From Daejeonella sp. (lineage in GTDB: Bacteria; Bacteroidota; Bacteroidia; Sphingobacteriales; Sphingobacteriaceae): DNA of 52,875 nucleotides. The stretch lies in the NCBI RefSeq assembly GCF_044342615.1, contig NZ_JBIIPN010000001.1:1-52875 (forward strand). The letters run 5' to 3'. Positions 1 through 10,125 of the stretch are shown here, one piece after another. The translations under genes and the position numbers were made by a program. Positions within the stretch are counted from its first letter, which is position 1. Every line of letters begins with the position of its first letter. Below the pieces are notes generated by a model that was not told where the DNA came from, did not search any database, and saw only the letters and a list, made by a program, of their open reading frames with translations.

Positions 1-285
1 CCAAGTATTTTTATTTATTTTCTCTGCATTAAGTGTTGTTCCATCAGCATTTACAGCATTAAAAGACTCTACACTTTTTGCAAACTCTCTAATTAAATAA
101 GACCCTGGGGTCCAAACCGGCATTTTTAAATCAATAAAAGGAGATTTTATACCGGAAATTTCCATTGCCACATCTACGTAATGGGCTTGAGGCTCGGAGA
201 AAGAAACTTCAAAGGCAATTTTATTTTGTGCACTCAAAGAAGTAGTAATCATGGCAATAATAAATAAGGATATCAGATGTTTCAT
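1..285 (-). CDS. M61 family metallopeptidase (glycyl aminopeptidase-like), N-terminal part; runs off the window edge
   Basis: Manual translation from ATG at 285: MKHLISLFIIAMITTSLSAQNKIAFEVSFSEPQAHY...MPVWTPGSYLIREF...KINKNTW. It has a signal peptide and the MPxWTPGSYL motif of M61 N-terminal domains. Absent from the ORF track because it is truncated. Confidence 0.85.
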   Translation of the reverse strand, partial: MKHLISLFIIAMITTSLSAQNKIAFEVSFSEPQAHYVDVAMEISGIKSPFIDLKMPVWTPGSYLIREFAKSVESFNAVNADGTTLNAEKINKNTW

Positions 286-402
286 AATTGATTAGTTAAT
301 GAGATTTTCCAAAAATAACTTTTTAATACATTTCTTGCTAGTTATTAAATTAAAGGCTGTAAAATAAATGCTACAATACCACCAAATACAAGGTATAAAA
401 GA

Positions 403-410
403 TAAATTTG
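403..410 (+). promoter_or_regulatory. Candidate Bacteroidota -7 promoter element (TAAATTTG) for the RND operon
   Basis: Matches TAnnTTTG, 143 nt upstream of the MFP start. No clear -33 TTTG. Confidence 0.4.
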
Positions 411-552
411 CAAACTAATTATGCTAAAATCCCTCGCCAGTCAATTGTTTTTATCCCAATAGGAACTAAAAGGCCTATTAAAAATACATAAATCCTTGGT
501 TATCAAATAATTGAAAGCGAAAATCTTTTTTAATAAAAAATAAAAAAATCAC

Positions 553-1623
553 ATGAAATTAAAGTATATCATCTATCTGATCTTAGTTATTCTTATTGGC
601 GGAGCTGTTGCCTATCGTTTTAATAAAAATAAAGCGCAACAATCTGCTTCTGGAGGTCGCGGACCAGGTGGTGGTTCTCCATCGGCTTTGAAAGTAAACG
701 GCATAGTGGTTAAAACTGAGAATTTTTCTAATTCACTTTCAATTGCCGGTTCAATTGAAGCCGATGAGCAGGTAGATATACGTAGTGAAATTTCGGGTCT
801 TGTGACTTCCATTCAATTCACAGAGGGTAGTAGCGTTAGCAAAGGCAAAGTATTATTAAAAATCAATGATCTTGAATTGCAAGCACAGCTTTCCCAAGCA
901 TTAACAAAGCAAAAGCTTGCTCAAGAAACAGAATTCCGTGCAGGCATGCTTCTTGAGAAAGAAGCAATTAGTAAAGAAGAATATGATGTTGCATTAGCTG
1001 AGCTTCGGTCATTACAATCGCAGACTCAACTCATTAGAGCACAGTTAGCCAAGACTTTAGTTCGTGCACCTTTTAGTGGAAAAATTGGATTACGCTCAAT
1101 TTCTGAAGGCGAATACATCACACCAGCAAGCACTATTGCACGTTTAGTAAGTAACAATCCGGTAAAGATTTTATTTTCTATACCTGAAAAATATGCTGGA
1201 ACAATAAAATTAAACACCAAGATCTCCTTTACTGTAGCTGGCTCTAGGGATGTTTACAGCGCTATAGTTTACGCAATCGAACCAGGAATTAATGTTGCGA
1301 CACGTACCTTGCAGCTGAAGGCTAAGGCATCCAACCCGAATGGTGAATTAATGCCAGGTTCATTTGCTAAAATTGAACTCCCCCTAACCAATACAAACGA
1401 TGCAATATTAGTCCCAACCCAATCAGTTATTCCTGTTTTAATGGGTAAAAAAGTGTTTATTAGCTCAAATGGAAAGGCTAAAGAAGTGATGGTTGAGACA
1501 GATACAAGAACTGACAAATCGGTTTTAATAAGTTCCGGTTTAAGTGTAGGAGATACTGTTTTAACGACAGGAATTATGTCACTTAAAAATGATACACCTA
1601 TTGAGGTTAAAGTTATCAATTAA
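553..1623 (+). CDS. RND efflux periplasmic adaptor (membrane fusion protein)
   Basis: N-terminal TM anchor, lipoyl halves (IRSEISGLV...EGSSVSKG; VRAPFSGKIG), helical hairpin, C-terminal GLSVGDTVLTTG; lies upstream of an RND permease. Confidence 0.95.
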   Translation: MKLKYIIYLILVILIGGAVAYRFNKNKAQQSASGGRGPGGGSPSALKVNGIVVKTENFSNSLSIAGSIEADEQVDIRSEISGLVTSIQFTEGSSVSKGKVLLKINDLELQAQLSQALTKQKLAQETEFRAGMLLEKEAISKEEYDVALAELRSLQSQTQLIRAQLAKTLVRAPFSGKIGLRSISEGEYITPASTIARLVSNNPVKILFSIPEKYAGTIKLNTKISFTVAGSRDVYSAIVYAIEPGINVATRTLQLKAKASNPNGELMPGSFAKIELPLTNTNDAILVPTQSVIPVLMGKKVFISSNGKAKEVMVETDTRTDKSVLISSGLSVGDTVLTTGIMSLKNDTPIEVKVIN

Positions 1624-1667
1624 TAATCTTTAGGGAGTTTGTGACATTTATTAAAAATAAATAAATA

Positions 1668-4600
1668 ATGAGTTTATCTACCATCAGTATAAAAAGACCG
1701 GTTTTAGCAATAGTATTAAATTTACTAATAGTACTTTTTGGAATAATCGGCTTCTACTTTTTAGGCGTCAGGGAGTTCCCATCTATTGACACTCCCATTG
1801 TGTCTGTTCGGACAAGTTATCCTGGGGCAAATTCAGACATCATTGAATCTCAAATAACTGAACCTCTTGAAAAGGCAATTAATAGCATTGAAGGTATTAA
1901 AAGTATCAGCAGTTCAAGTAATCAGGGCACCAGTAATATTAGCATTGAGTTTAACCTTGAAAAGGACTTAGAAGAGGCTGCGAATGACGTTAGAGATCGT
2001 GTTTCTCAGGCTGTTCGTCAATTACCTAAAGACATCGATGGATTGCCGGCAGTCTCAAAGGCTGATGCTAATTCAGAATCAATTATATCGATGACCCTTC
2101 AGAGCACTAAAAGAAATCAATTAGAGCTAAGTGACTATGCTGAAAATGTAATTTCACAACGTTTACAAACAATACCAGGAGTAAGTGGTGTGCAGATATG
2201 GGGGCAGAAAAGATATGCCATGCGTATTTGGATTGATCCGGCCAAGCTTGCGGCCTATCGACTAACGGCCTTAGATGTTAAAAATGCGCTTGACAGAGAA
2301 AATGTAGAGCTTCCTTCAGGAAAAATAACAGGTAAATCGACAGAGCTATCAGTAAAAACACTAGGTAATTTAACCAATGAGGAGCAATTTAACAATCTCA
2401 TCATTCAGAGTACTGGCGACAATACTGTACGTTTAAGAGATATCGGGACTGCAATATTAGGCCCTGAAAATGAAGAAACTATGCTTCGTCAATCGGGCAC
2501 ACCGATGATTGGAATAGCGATTGAGCCTCAACCTGGAGCAAATTATTTAGAGATTTCTAAGGAGTTTTATAAGCGATATGAACAATTAAAAAAAGATCTT
2601 CCAGATGATTTTACTGTAGATATTGCTTTAGACAATACCATATTTATTAAACAATCAGTAACGGAGGTAGCTGAAACTATTTTAATATCCCTCATTCTAG
2701 TTATACTCATTATCTTCTTATTTTTCCGTGATTGGAGTATGGCATTCAGACCCCTGATAGATATTCCTGTTTCATTGATTGCTACCTTCTTCATCATGTA
2801 CCTTTTTGGCTTTTCCATCAATGTACTAACCTTACTCGCCATTGTGTTGGCAACAGGTTTGGTAGTAGATGATGGAATTGTAGTGACTGAAAACATCTAC
2901 AAAAAAGTAGAAGAAGGATATAGTCCGATAGAGGCCGCGATTAAAGGCTCCAATGAAATATTTTTTGCAGTTATTTCTATATCTGTTACCCTTGCTGCCG
3001 TATTCCTTCCGGTAATATTTTTGGAAGGATTTGTTGGGCGACTCTTCCGAGAGTTTGGAGTGGTGATAGGTGCAGCCGTTTTAATCTCGGCCTTTGTATC
3101 GCTTTCATTAACTCCGATGCTAAATGCCTACATGATGAAGGCAAATAAAAAGAAAACCAAATTCTATACTTGGTCGGAGCCCTATTTTGAAAATATGATA
3201 TCTGGATATTCAGAATCGCTAAATAATTTCATGAAAAGGAAGTGGTTAGCATTTCCAATTATCATCTGTTGTATCGGCTTAATCGCTTTATTTTGGAATA
3301 TCCTTCAAAAAGAAACTGCGCCATACGACGACCGTGGTTCTGTAAATATACAGCTTACTGCGCCTGAGGGATCATCTTATGATTATACAGATAACTTCGT
3401 TTTAGAACTATCTAAAATGATTGAAGACTCTATACCAGAGAAGAGAATAAATTTAACAGTAACTTCCCCAGGATTCAGTGGCTCTGGTGCTGCCAACACA
3501 GGTTTTTTAAGGATAAGACTTTCAGAAGCCGATAAAAGGAAACGTAGTCAGGCACAAATTGCAGATAAACTCACCAAAATTACCAAAGAATATACCGATG
3601 GACGTGCATTTGTTATTCAACAACCAACTATTTCGGTTAGCAGGCGTGGCGGGCTTCCAATATCTTATATCATTCAGGCACCTAATTTTGAGAAGCTAAG
3701 AGAAAAATTACCCCTGTTTATGAATGAAATTGGACAAAATCCAACCTTCACTGTAACAGATGTAAACTTAAAGTTTAATAAGCCTGAAATAAATATATCC
3801 ATAGATCGTGAAAAATCTAGAAACCTTGGAGTATCTATTTTAGATGTGGCACAAACGCTTCAATTTGCACTTAGCGGACAAAGATTTGCATATTTCCAGT
3901 TGAATGGAAAGCAGTATCAAGTAATTGGGCAATACGAAAAGATTAACAGAAATGACCCTCTAGATCTTACCTCTATTTTTGTGAGGAATAATCAAGGACA
4001 ACTTATTCAATTAGACAATCTTATACAGGTAGAAGAAACAAGTACTCCACCGCAATTATACCATTATAATCGATTCATGTCGGCCACTGTTTCTGCAGGA
4101 TTAGCGCCAGGAAAAAGTATTGGCGATGGTATAGAAGCAATGGACCTTGCTGCAGATAAAATTTTAGACGACAGCTTTACGACAGAATTAAGTGGCGAGT
4201 CAAGAGACTTTCAAGAAAGTTCATCAAATACACTATTTGCATTCGCTTTGGCGCTTCTATTGGTTTACCTAATCTTGGCGGCCCAATTTGAGAGCTTCAT
4301 CGATCCTTTTATCATTATTTTAACGGTTCCAATGGCTGTAGCAGGGGCATTTTTATCCCTATGGCTATTTGGCCAAACATGGAATATCTTTAGTCAGATA
4401 GGCACAATTATGCTCATAGGACTCGTAACAAAGAATGGTATTCTGATTGTAGAATTTGCAAATCAGTTAAAAGAACAAGGGAAACCTATCTCTGAAGCGA
4501 TTATTGAGGCTTCTGCAGCACGTTTAAGACCAATCTTAATGACCAGTCTAGCCATTGCCTTAGGTGCATTACCTATCGCTATGGCCCTTGGAGCAGCCGC

Positions 4601-4742
4601 AAAGAGTCGCATGAGTATGGGAATTGTAATTATTGGTGGTACTTTATTCTCATTGGTATTAACACTGTATGTAATTCCTGCCATTTATTCAATGTGGTCA
4701 AGAAAACATAAATCACATCCAGAGTTCGAAAATAATAATTAA
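1668..4742 (+). CDS. RND efflux transporter permease subunit (AcrB/AcrD/AcrF family)
   Basis: 1024 aa; IKRPV start, GLVVDDGIVVTEN (TM4), GLVTKNGILIVEFAN, ARLRPILMTS. Confidence 0.97.
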   Translation: MSLSTISIKRPVLAIVLNLLIVLFGIIGFYFLGVREFPSIDTPIVSVRTSYPGANSDIIESQITEPLEKAINSIEGIKSISSSSNQGTSNISIEFNLEKDLEEAANDVRDRVSQAVRQLPKDIDGLPAVSKADANSESIISMTLQSTKRNQLELSDYAENVISQRLQTIPGVSGVQIWGQKRYAMRIWIDPAKLAAYRLTALDVKNALDRENVELPSGKITGKSTELSVKTLGNLTNEEQFNNLIIQSTGDNTVRLRDIGTAILGPENEETMLRQSGTPMIGIAIEPQPGANYLEISKEFYKRYEQLKKDLPDDFTVDIALDNTIFIKQSVTEVAETILISLILVILIIFLFFRDWSMAFRPLIDIPVSLIATFFIMYLFGFSINVLTLLAIVLATGLVVDDGIVVTENIYKKVEEGYSPIEAAIKGSNEIFFAVISISVTLAAVFLPVIFLEGFVGRLFREFGVVIGAAVLISAFVSLSLTPMLNAYMMKANKKKTKFYTWSEPYFENMISGYSESLNNFMKRKWLAFPIIICCIGLIALFWNILQKETAPYDDRGSVNIQLTAPEGSSYDYTDNFVLELSKMIEDSIPEKRINLTVTSPGFSGSGAANTGFLRIRLSEADKRKRSQAQIADKLTKITKEYTDGRAFVIQQPTISVSRRGGLPISYIIQAPNFEKLREKLPLFMNEIGQNPTFTVTDVNLKFNKPEINISIDREKSRNLGVSILDVAQTLQFALSGQRFAYFQLNGKQYQVIGQYEKINRNDPLDLTSIFVRNNQGQLIQLDNLIQVEETSTPPQLYHYNRFMSATVSAGLAPGKSIGDGIEAMDLAADKILDDSFTTELSGESRDFQESSSNTLFAFALALLLVYLILAAQFESFIDPFIIILTVPMAVAGAFLSLWLFGQTWNIFSQIGTIMLIGLVTKNGILIVEFANQLKEQGKPISEAIIEASAARLRPILMTSLAIALGALPIAMALGAAAKSRMSMGIVIIGGTLFSLVLTLYVIPAIYSMWSRKHKSHPEFENNN

Positions 4743-4792
4743 AAATTTTAATTTAAAATTAATTAAAATAATCGATCTGTATTAAAAAGCAT

Positions 4793-6106
4793 ATGAACAA
4801 AAAAATATTGATAAAATATCTAGCCTTAATTCTACTTTTTGCCAGTAACACACAGGCACAAGAAAAATTGAGTTTGGAGCAAGCTGTGCAGATTGCACTT
4901 GAAAATAATTTTGACATTAAGCTCACTAAGAATACTGTTGAACAAGCTAAGAATAATTTCAATCGTGCAAATGCTGGTATGTTGCCAGTTGTAACTGGAA
5001 ATTTTAGCACCAATAATACCGTTTCTAATACCAAGCAAACACTATCTAGCGGAGTATCTCAAGAAAGAAATGGCGCAAGAAATTCAAACTTAGTTTATGG
5101 CCCGGTTATAAATTGGCAAGTATTTGACGGGTTTCAAATGTTTGCGCGTTACGACCGACTAAAAGAATTGGAGCTATTAGGAGAAGCTAATTTAAAGTTA
5201 ACTATACAGAATACGCTAGCCGATGTAATCAATAATTATTACGATCTTGTTTCACAGCAACAACAAATAAAAGCATTAAATGAGGCTTTAACTATTTCAC
5301 AATTAAGGCTGAAGAACTCAAATAATCGATTTAAAATTGGGAAAGCTGCTAAGCTAGAGGTACTTGCAGCATCGGTAGATTTAAATACAGATACTACCAA
5401 CCTATTAAGACAGTTAGATTTATATCGCAGCACTAAGATTAAGCTTAACGAACTGCTAGCCAGAGAAATAAAAACAGATTTTGTTGTTTCAGATAGCATC
5501 ATAATCGGTAATAACCTTCTATTTGCTGATTTACAATCATCTGCATCACAATTAAACCCCAATTTACAAACGGCGCTAATTAACCGTAGAATTGCAGAAA
5601 TCAATCTCAAGCAGGTTAAAGCAAGTAGGTATCCAGTGATTAATCTAAATTCCGGTTATAATTTTAATCAATCGACTTCAGAATTGGGATTTGCGAGAAC
5701 ATCAACGGGGCGCGGACTAAATTACGGATTGACTGCCTCTGTTAACATATTTAATGGCTATTTGCAGAAGAGAAATGAGAAAAATGCTTCATTGGAGATT
5801 GATAATAGCCGAATTCAATATGATAAAGTGAACCAAAATATAGTTTCACAATTAACATCACTATATCAAACCTATCAAACAAATTTAGAGCTTGTTAAAC
5901 TAGAACAAGAGAATCTAGCTGTTGCAAAACAGAACATGGATATCACGTTAGAGAAGTTCAAAATTGGAAGTGTTGCTCCATTGGAATTTAGAGAAGCGCA
6001 ACGCAATTATATCAATGCGAATGCCCGCTTCACCAATTCACAATTTGAGGCTAAGCTAGCAGAAATAGCCTTGCTCCAACTATCTGGGAAATTAAATCTA
6101 GATTAA
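4793..6106 (+). CDS. TolC family outer membrane efflux protein
   Basis: Signal peptide, LSLEQAVQIALENN, two helical repeats; third gene of the RND operon. Confidence 0.93.
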   Translation: MNKKILIKYLALILLFASNTQAQEKLSLEQAVQIALENNFDIKLTKNTVEQAKNNFNRANAGMLPVVTGNFSTNNTVSNTKQTLSSGVSQERNGARNSNLVYGPVINWQVFDGFQMFARYDRLKELELLGEANLKLTIQNTLADVINNYYDLVSQQQQIKALNEALTISQLRLKNSNNRFKIGKAAKLEVLAASVDLNTDTTNLLRQLDLYRSTKIKLNELLAREIKTDFVVSDSIIIGNNLLFADLQSSASQLNPNLQTALINRRIAEINLKQVKASRYPVINLNSGYNFNQSTSELGFARTSTGRGLNYGLTASVNIFNGYLQKRNEKNASLEIDNSRIQYDKVNQNIVSQLTSLYQTYQTNLELVKLEQENLAVAKQNMDITLEKFKIGSVAPLEFREAQRNYINANARFTNSQFEAKLAEIALLQLSGKLNLD

Positions 6107-6122
6107 TTAAAAAAGCTCTTGA

Positions 6123-6153
6123 TTTGCTTTAACGCCAAGAATTAGTAATTTTG
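6123..6153 (+). promoter_or_regulatory. Bacteroidota sigma70-type promoter (TTTG-N19-TAATTTTG) for the response regulator and kinase genes
   Basis: TTTG at 6123-6126 and TAATTTTG at 6146-6153 with 19-nt spacing, matching the -33/-7 consensus. Confidence 0.65.
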
Positions 6154-6155
6154 GC

Positions 6156-6551
6156 ATGATGGATGGCTTTAAATACAAAAATGTTTTTCTCATTGATGAT
6201 AGTTCTATAGACAATCTGATCAATAAAAAAATCTTAGAAAACGAGAATTTCGCGCAATCAATCACCCTTATTGATAATCCCATTAAAGCATTTCAATTAA
6301 TAAAAACTGCTCTAGAAAATGGGGAATTATTACCAGAAGTAATTTTCCTAGACCTAAGAATGCCCATGATGAATGGTTTCGAATTACTTAATGTCTTAAT
6401 GGAAACCCCTGGTATAGAGCCAGGTAAAATCAAAATATACATACTCACATCTTCCCTAGATCCAACAGACATAAAGCAAATTAAGGAAAACCCAATGGTT
6501 TCAAAATTCATTGGAAAACCCTTAAGTAAACAATCAATTCAGGAAATATAA
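6156..6551 (+). CDS. Single-domain response regulator (receiver)
   Basis: LIDD acidic pocket, FLDLRMPMMNGFE phosphoacceptor, ILTSS, KP. Alternative ATG at 6159. Confidence 0.92.
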   Translation: MMDGFKYKNVFLIDDSSIDNLINKKILENENFAQSITLIDNPIKAFQLIKTALENGELLPEVIFLDLRMPMMNGFELLNVLMETPGIEPGKIKIYILTSSLDPTDIKQIKENPMVSKFIGKPLSKQSIQEI

Positions 6552-6554
6552 ATT

Positions 6555-7415
6555 ATGTTATTAGTTGCGGATAGTGGCTCAACCAAAGCCGATTGGATAT
6601 TAACTTTATCAGAAAATCAAAGTATCTCGTTTAGAACAGCTGGAATAAATCCCTTCTTTTTATCCGAAAAAGACATTATTAAAATTTTTCAGGACACACC
6701 TGAAATACAAGGATATACTGAGCAGGTAAAAGAAATATATTTCTTTGGAGCCGGATGCTCTAGTCCCGATCGACGCGAATTAATTTCCAACGCACTCTCA
6801 AAAATCTTTAAAAATGCATTTATTAGTGTAGATATCGACCTAATTGCATGTATTTACGCAACTACTGGACTGAGCAAAGGTATTTGCTGCATTATTGGCA
6901 CTGGATCAAACATATCATATTTTGATGGGAAAAAAGTGCATGATAGCAAGCATGGCTTAGGTTATATTTTAGGCGATGAAGGCTCTGGCACTTACTTTGG
7001 CAGAAAACTAATTACCGGGTTTTTATATGGCACCATGCCACAAGAGCTTTCTAAGGAGTTTTACAATAAATATCAAATCGACAAAGAATCGATTATCAAA
7101 CGAATTTATCAAGAACCATCTCCTAATTTTTATTTGGCCTCTTTTGCGCCATTTATGAGTGAAAACTTGAGCCATCCCTACATCATAGATTTATTAGAAA
7201 AGGGATTTAATGAATTTATTGAAACCAATATTAAATCCTACGAAGACTATAAACTACATACCTGTCATTTTGTGGGATCAATCGCCTTTCATTTTTCGGA
7301 TATCCTAAAAAGATTATGTGAAGAAAAGGATATAAAGGTTGGTAAAATCCTAAAACACCCTATCGAAGAATTATCTTCATTTATCTCTAAAAATGGAGAG
7401 AAAATATTGAGGTAA
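6555..7415 (+). CDS. BadF/BadG/BcrA/BcrD-type ATPase, N-acetylglucosamine kinase-like
   Basis: ADSGSTKADW phosphate-1 motif, IIGTGSN, LGYILGDEGSG, FVGSIA. Confidence 0.88.
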   Translation: MLLVADSGSTKADWILTLSENQSISFRTAGINPFFLSEKDIIKIFQDTPEIQGYTEQVKEIYFFGAGCSSPDRRELISNALSKIFKNAFISVDIDLIACIYATTGLSKGICCIIGTGSNISYFDGKKVHDSKHGLGYILGDEGSGTYFGRKLITGFLYGTMPQELSKEFYNKYQIDKESIIKRIYQEPSPNFYLASFAPFMSENLSHPYIIDLLEKGFNEFIETNIKSYEDYKLHTCHFVGSIAFHFSDILKRLCEEKDIKVGKILKHPIEELSSFISKNGEKILR

Positions 7416-7430
7416 ATTTCAGAAATAGGC

Positions 7431-7727
7431 TTACAGAAATTTATTTCCAGACTTCAATTCGGGACTAAAACGAATAAAGTCTTGGTATGCATCATGCAGC
7501 TCTGCTATAGAATGAACCTCAAAGTCAATTCCCCAGGGATTCCAAGTTATAAATCGCAAATCATCAGGTTTGCCCTCTTTAATTGAAATTTCTTCATAAA
7601 TACCAAAATTACCTAAGGTATAATAATTGATTTTAACTACTTGATCTATAAAATCATGTGAATCAACCAAATCAAAACCCATTGTTTCAATCCAATTTTT
7701 TATTGCCGAAATATTACTTTTTGCCAT
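7431..7727 (-). CDS. Hypothetical protein (~98 aa)
   Basis: Isolated ORF filling the gap; ATG at 7727 preferred over TTG at 7751; no recognised motif. Confidence 0.6.
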   Translation of the reverse strand: MAKSNISAIKNWIETMGFDLVDSHDFIDQVVKINYYTLGNFGIYEEISIKEGKPDDLRFITWNPWGIDFEVHSIAELHDAYQDFIRFSPELKSGNKFL

Positions 7728-8007
7728 AATACAATAGGTAAATTGATTCAAAAAAGAAGAAAATTTATAAAATTCATTTTTTAAATAAATAAAAAAGAAA
7801 TATAGTATATCTTAAATTAAATACATATCATTTTAATTAAATATATTTAATTTATTTATTAATCAAAAAGAAATATTTTAAATAAAAAAATAAATTAATG
7901 CTTGTGTAGTGATAAAATAAATTATAAAAAAATAAAAGCAATGCAACACTTGTTACATAAGTCGTGAAGAAATCTCTGTAAATTGCGTAGATATAGATTA
8001 AGAAATC

Positions 8008-8595
8008 ATGAAAATATTGAATTATTTAAAAGCTAACATTGGGAATGTTTTTTTTATTTTATTTATCTCTGTTGTATTTTTCAGCACAGATGTAAGAGCA
8101 TTTTTGATAAGAGGTTTAATGTTTACTGGCTTATTTAATGCAGAAGCAAGTGTAGAAACAGAAAAATCGGGGAGCAATAAAATGATTCCGCCTCCTATGA
8201 TTTTCAGATCGGAAAATGGCGAAATCATAAATACTGCTGAGCGGAATGGTAAAGTTTATTTTATTAACTTTTGGGCTACTTGGTGCCCTCCATGCCGCGC
8301 TGAAATGCCCTCCATCAATACATTAGCATCAAAAATAAAAAACAAAGATAAAGTAGAGTTTATTATGGTTGATGTAGACGCTAAAGTTAAAGCTTCTGTA
8401 GCATACATGAAAACCAACTCATTCAATTTAAAAGTTTATACAAGTGAATCTGGAATACCTGAAAATATATTTGGTGGGAGCCTCCCAACAACCGCAATTA
8501 TTGGTCCCGATGGCACCTTAGTTTTTCACCATACAGGCATGGCAGATTATAATAATCAGAAAATGATTGATTTCTTAAATACCCTTAGTAAGTAA
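8008..8595 (+). CDS. TlpA/ResA family thiol-disulfide oxidoreductase
   Basis: N-terminal TM, INFWATWCPPCRAEMP (CxxC), SLPTT cis-Pro motif. Confidence 0.93.
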   Translation: MKILNYLKANIGNVFFILFISVVFFSTDVRAFLIRGLMFTGLFNAEASVETEKSGSNKMIPPPMIFRSENGEIINTAERNGKVYFINFWATWCPPCRAEMPSINTLASKIKNKDKVEFIMVDVDAKVKASVAYMKTNSFNLKVYTSESGIPENIFGGSLPTTAIIGPDGTLVFHHTGMADYNNQKMIDFLNTLSK

Positions 8596-8652
8596 GGTGA
8601 AAAAGACTAAATGAATAAAAAATCGTTAATTTTGCATTATAATTCCAATCAA

Positions 8653-9117
8653 ATGAAAAAAATCCTATTTACAATCCTATTAAGCATTAGCATAATTTCT
8701 ATTACTAAGGCTCAAACCAGCATAAATACTAATCAATCTTTGGATAAAAGAGATAATTGGACTCAGAAAGATTTAATAGAACCGGCTGCTTTAGTTGCAA
8801 TACTTTCAAATCCGAAGGCTAAGCAACCTTTAATTTATAATATTGGGGTAGTTGAAAACATCAAAGGAGCAAAAAACCTTGGTGCAGCTAGCGAAAAAGA
8901 GAATTTGGAGAGATTAAGAAAAACACTATCGGGACTTCCGAAAACAAGTTCTATTGTAGTTTATTGCGGATGCTGTCCATTTAGCAGATGCCCTAATATT
9001 CGCCCTGCAGTAGCCATGTTAAAAAGCATGGGATTCACTAATGGAAAACTCTTGAATATTCCTACAAATGTAAAAAAAGATTGGATTGACAAAGGTTATC
9101 CGCTAGCAGGCAAATAG
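8653..9117 (+). CDS. Secreted rhodanese-like domain protein
   Basis: Signal peptide from ATG 8653; a TAATTTTG promoter box at 8627-8634 argues against the 8611 start. IVVYCGCCP active loop; C-terminal DWIDKGYP rhodanese end motif. Confidence 0.8.
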   Translation: MKKILFTILLSISIISITKAQTSINTNQSLDKRDNWTQKDLIEPAALVAILSNPKAKQPLIYNIGVVENIKGAKNLGAASEKENLERLRKTLSGLPKTSSIVVYCGCCPFSRCPNIRPAVAMLKSMGFTNGKLLNIPTNVKKDWIDKGYPLAGK

Positions 9118-9137
9118 TTAATGAGTTTATTAAAAAC

Positions 9138-9171
9138 AAAAGCCTGCTAATTCATTAATTAGCAGGCTTTT
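9138..9171. terminator. Bidirectional intrinsic terminator
   Basis: aaaagcctgctaatt-catt-aattagcaggctttt: perfect 15-bp inverted repeat between convergent genes. Confidence 0.85.
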
Positions 9172-9189
9172 ATACTTATTTTCTATTCG

Positions 9190-10098
9190 TTATTTCCTCT
9201 TTCCTTTGAAAATCCCTCCAGCATTTAATTGAAGTCCAATTTCAAAAGTTCCCGTTGCATAGCTCTTTAATGCCTGAACTGGAGTGTTATAAAGTACTAA
9301 TAACTGCCACTGCTTCAACTTCTGATAAGTTAAACCAAAGCTCATGCTTTTATTCGTGTGATACATGCTCATAAAGCCTAATTGATCATCTGGTGTGCGA
9401 AGCTCTAGTCCCATATCCAGAATATCATTGAAGTTCTTAACCCCTCTGTAAACTAGTTTGGGATGCACCTGCCAGTCCGACACTTGGGTCATGTACGTAA
9501 AAGCAGTCATGAACGTAGCATAATCGGCAATTTCATTATCCTCAATCTGTAACTGATTTTTAAGATTACTGATTGATCCCTCAATTCTGAACTTCTTATC
9601 TGAATAAGCCATTCCAAAATCACCATCCAAAATGTTCTCTTGATCATTATAGCGCATGGCACTTAAATCATTGCCAGAACCTACAATGTTTTGAGTGTTT
9701 AATGAATTGGTTTGCAATCCTAATGATATTCCGAAATGCAGTTTTCCTTCATCATTGTTTAATGGAAGGTGATAAGCATAAGTCGCCTGAAGCTTAGATC
9801 TAGTTAGTAATCCCGCTTCATCCTTATAAAAGTTTAAGCCCACGCCTACCTTCTCGCCACCATAATCAGCCGTTACCGATAAATTTCTTGGCGAGCCTTG
9901 AATATTACTCCACTGATTCCGATATCCCATATTTAGGCGGATGCCTTGATTTACTCCAGCCATTGCCGGATTAGCTAAATACGTATTCTGGAAGTATTGA
10001 GCAGCCATCGGATTGATCTGCGCACTTAAATTAGTGTTGCCCAACAACAGTGTAATTATTAGTAAAAAAAGACCTTTAAACATGTTTTTTAGGTACAT
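9190..10098 (-). CDS. PorP/SprF family type IX secretion system membrane protein
   Basis: Signal peptide, QYFQNTYLANPAMAG, YRNQW, TYAYH, GTFEIGL; immediately downstream of a type-B CTD gene. Confidence 0.92.
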   Translation of the reverse strand: MYLKNMFKGLFLLIITLLLGNTNLSAQINPMAAQYFQNTYLANPAMAGVNQGIRLNMGYRNQWSNIQGSPRNLSVTADYGGEKVGVGLNFYKDEAGLLTRSKLQATYAYHLPLNNDEGKLHFGISLGLQTNSLNTQNIVGSGNDLSAMRYNDQENILDGDFGMAYSDKKFRIEGSISNLKNQLQIEDNEIADYATFMTAFTYMTQVSDWQVHPKLVYRGVKNFNDILDMGLELRTPDDQLGFMSMYHTNKSMSFGLTYQKLKQWQLLVLYNTPVQALKSYATGTFEIGLQLNAGGIFKGKRK

Positions 10099-10125
10099 AT
10101 AGATAATATTTATTGTGCTATAGAT

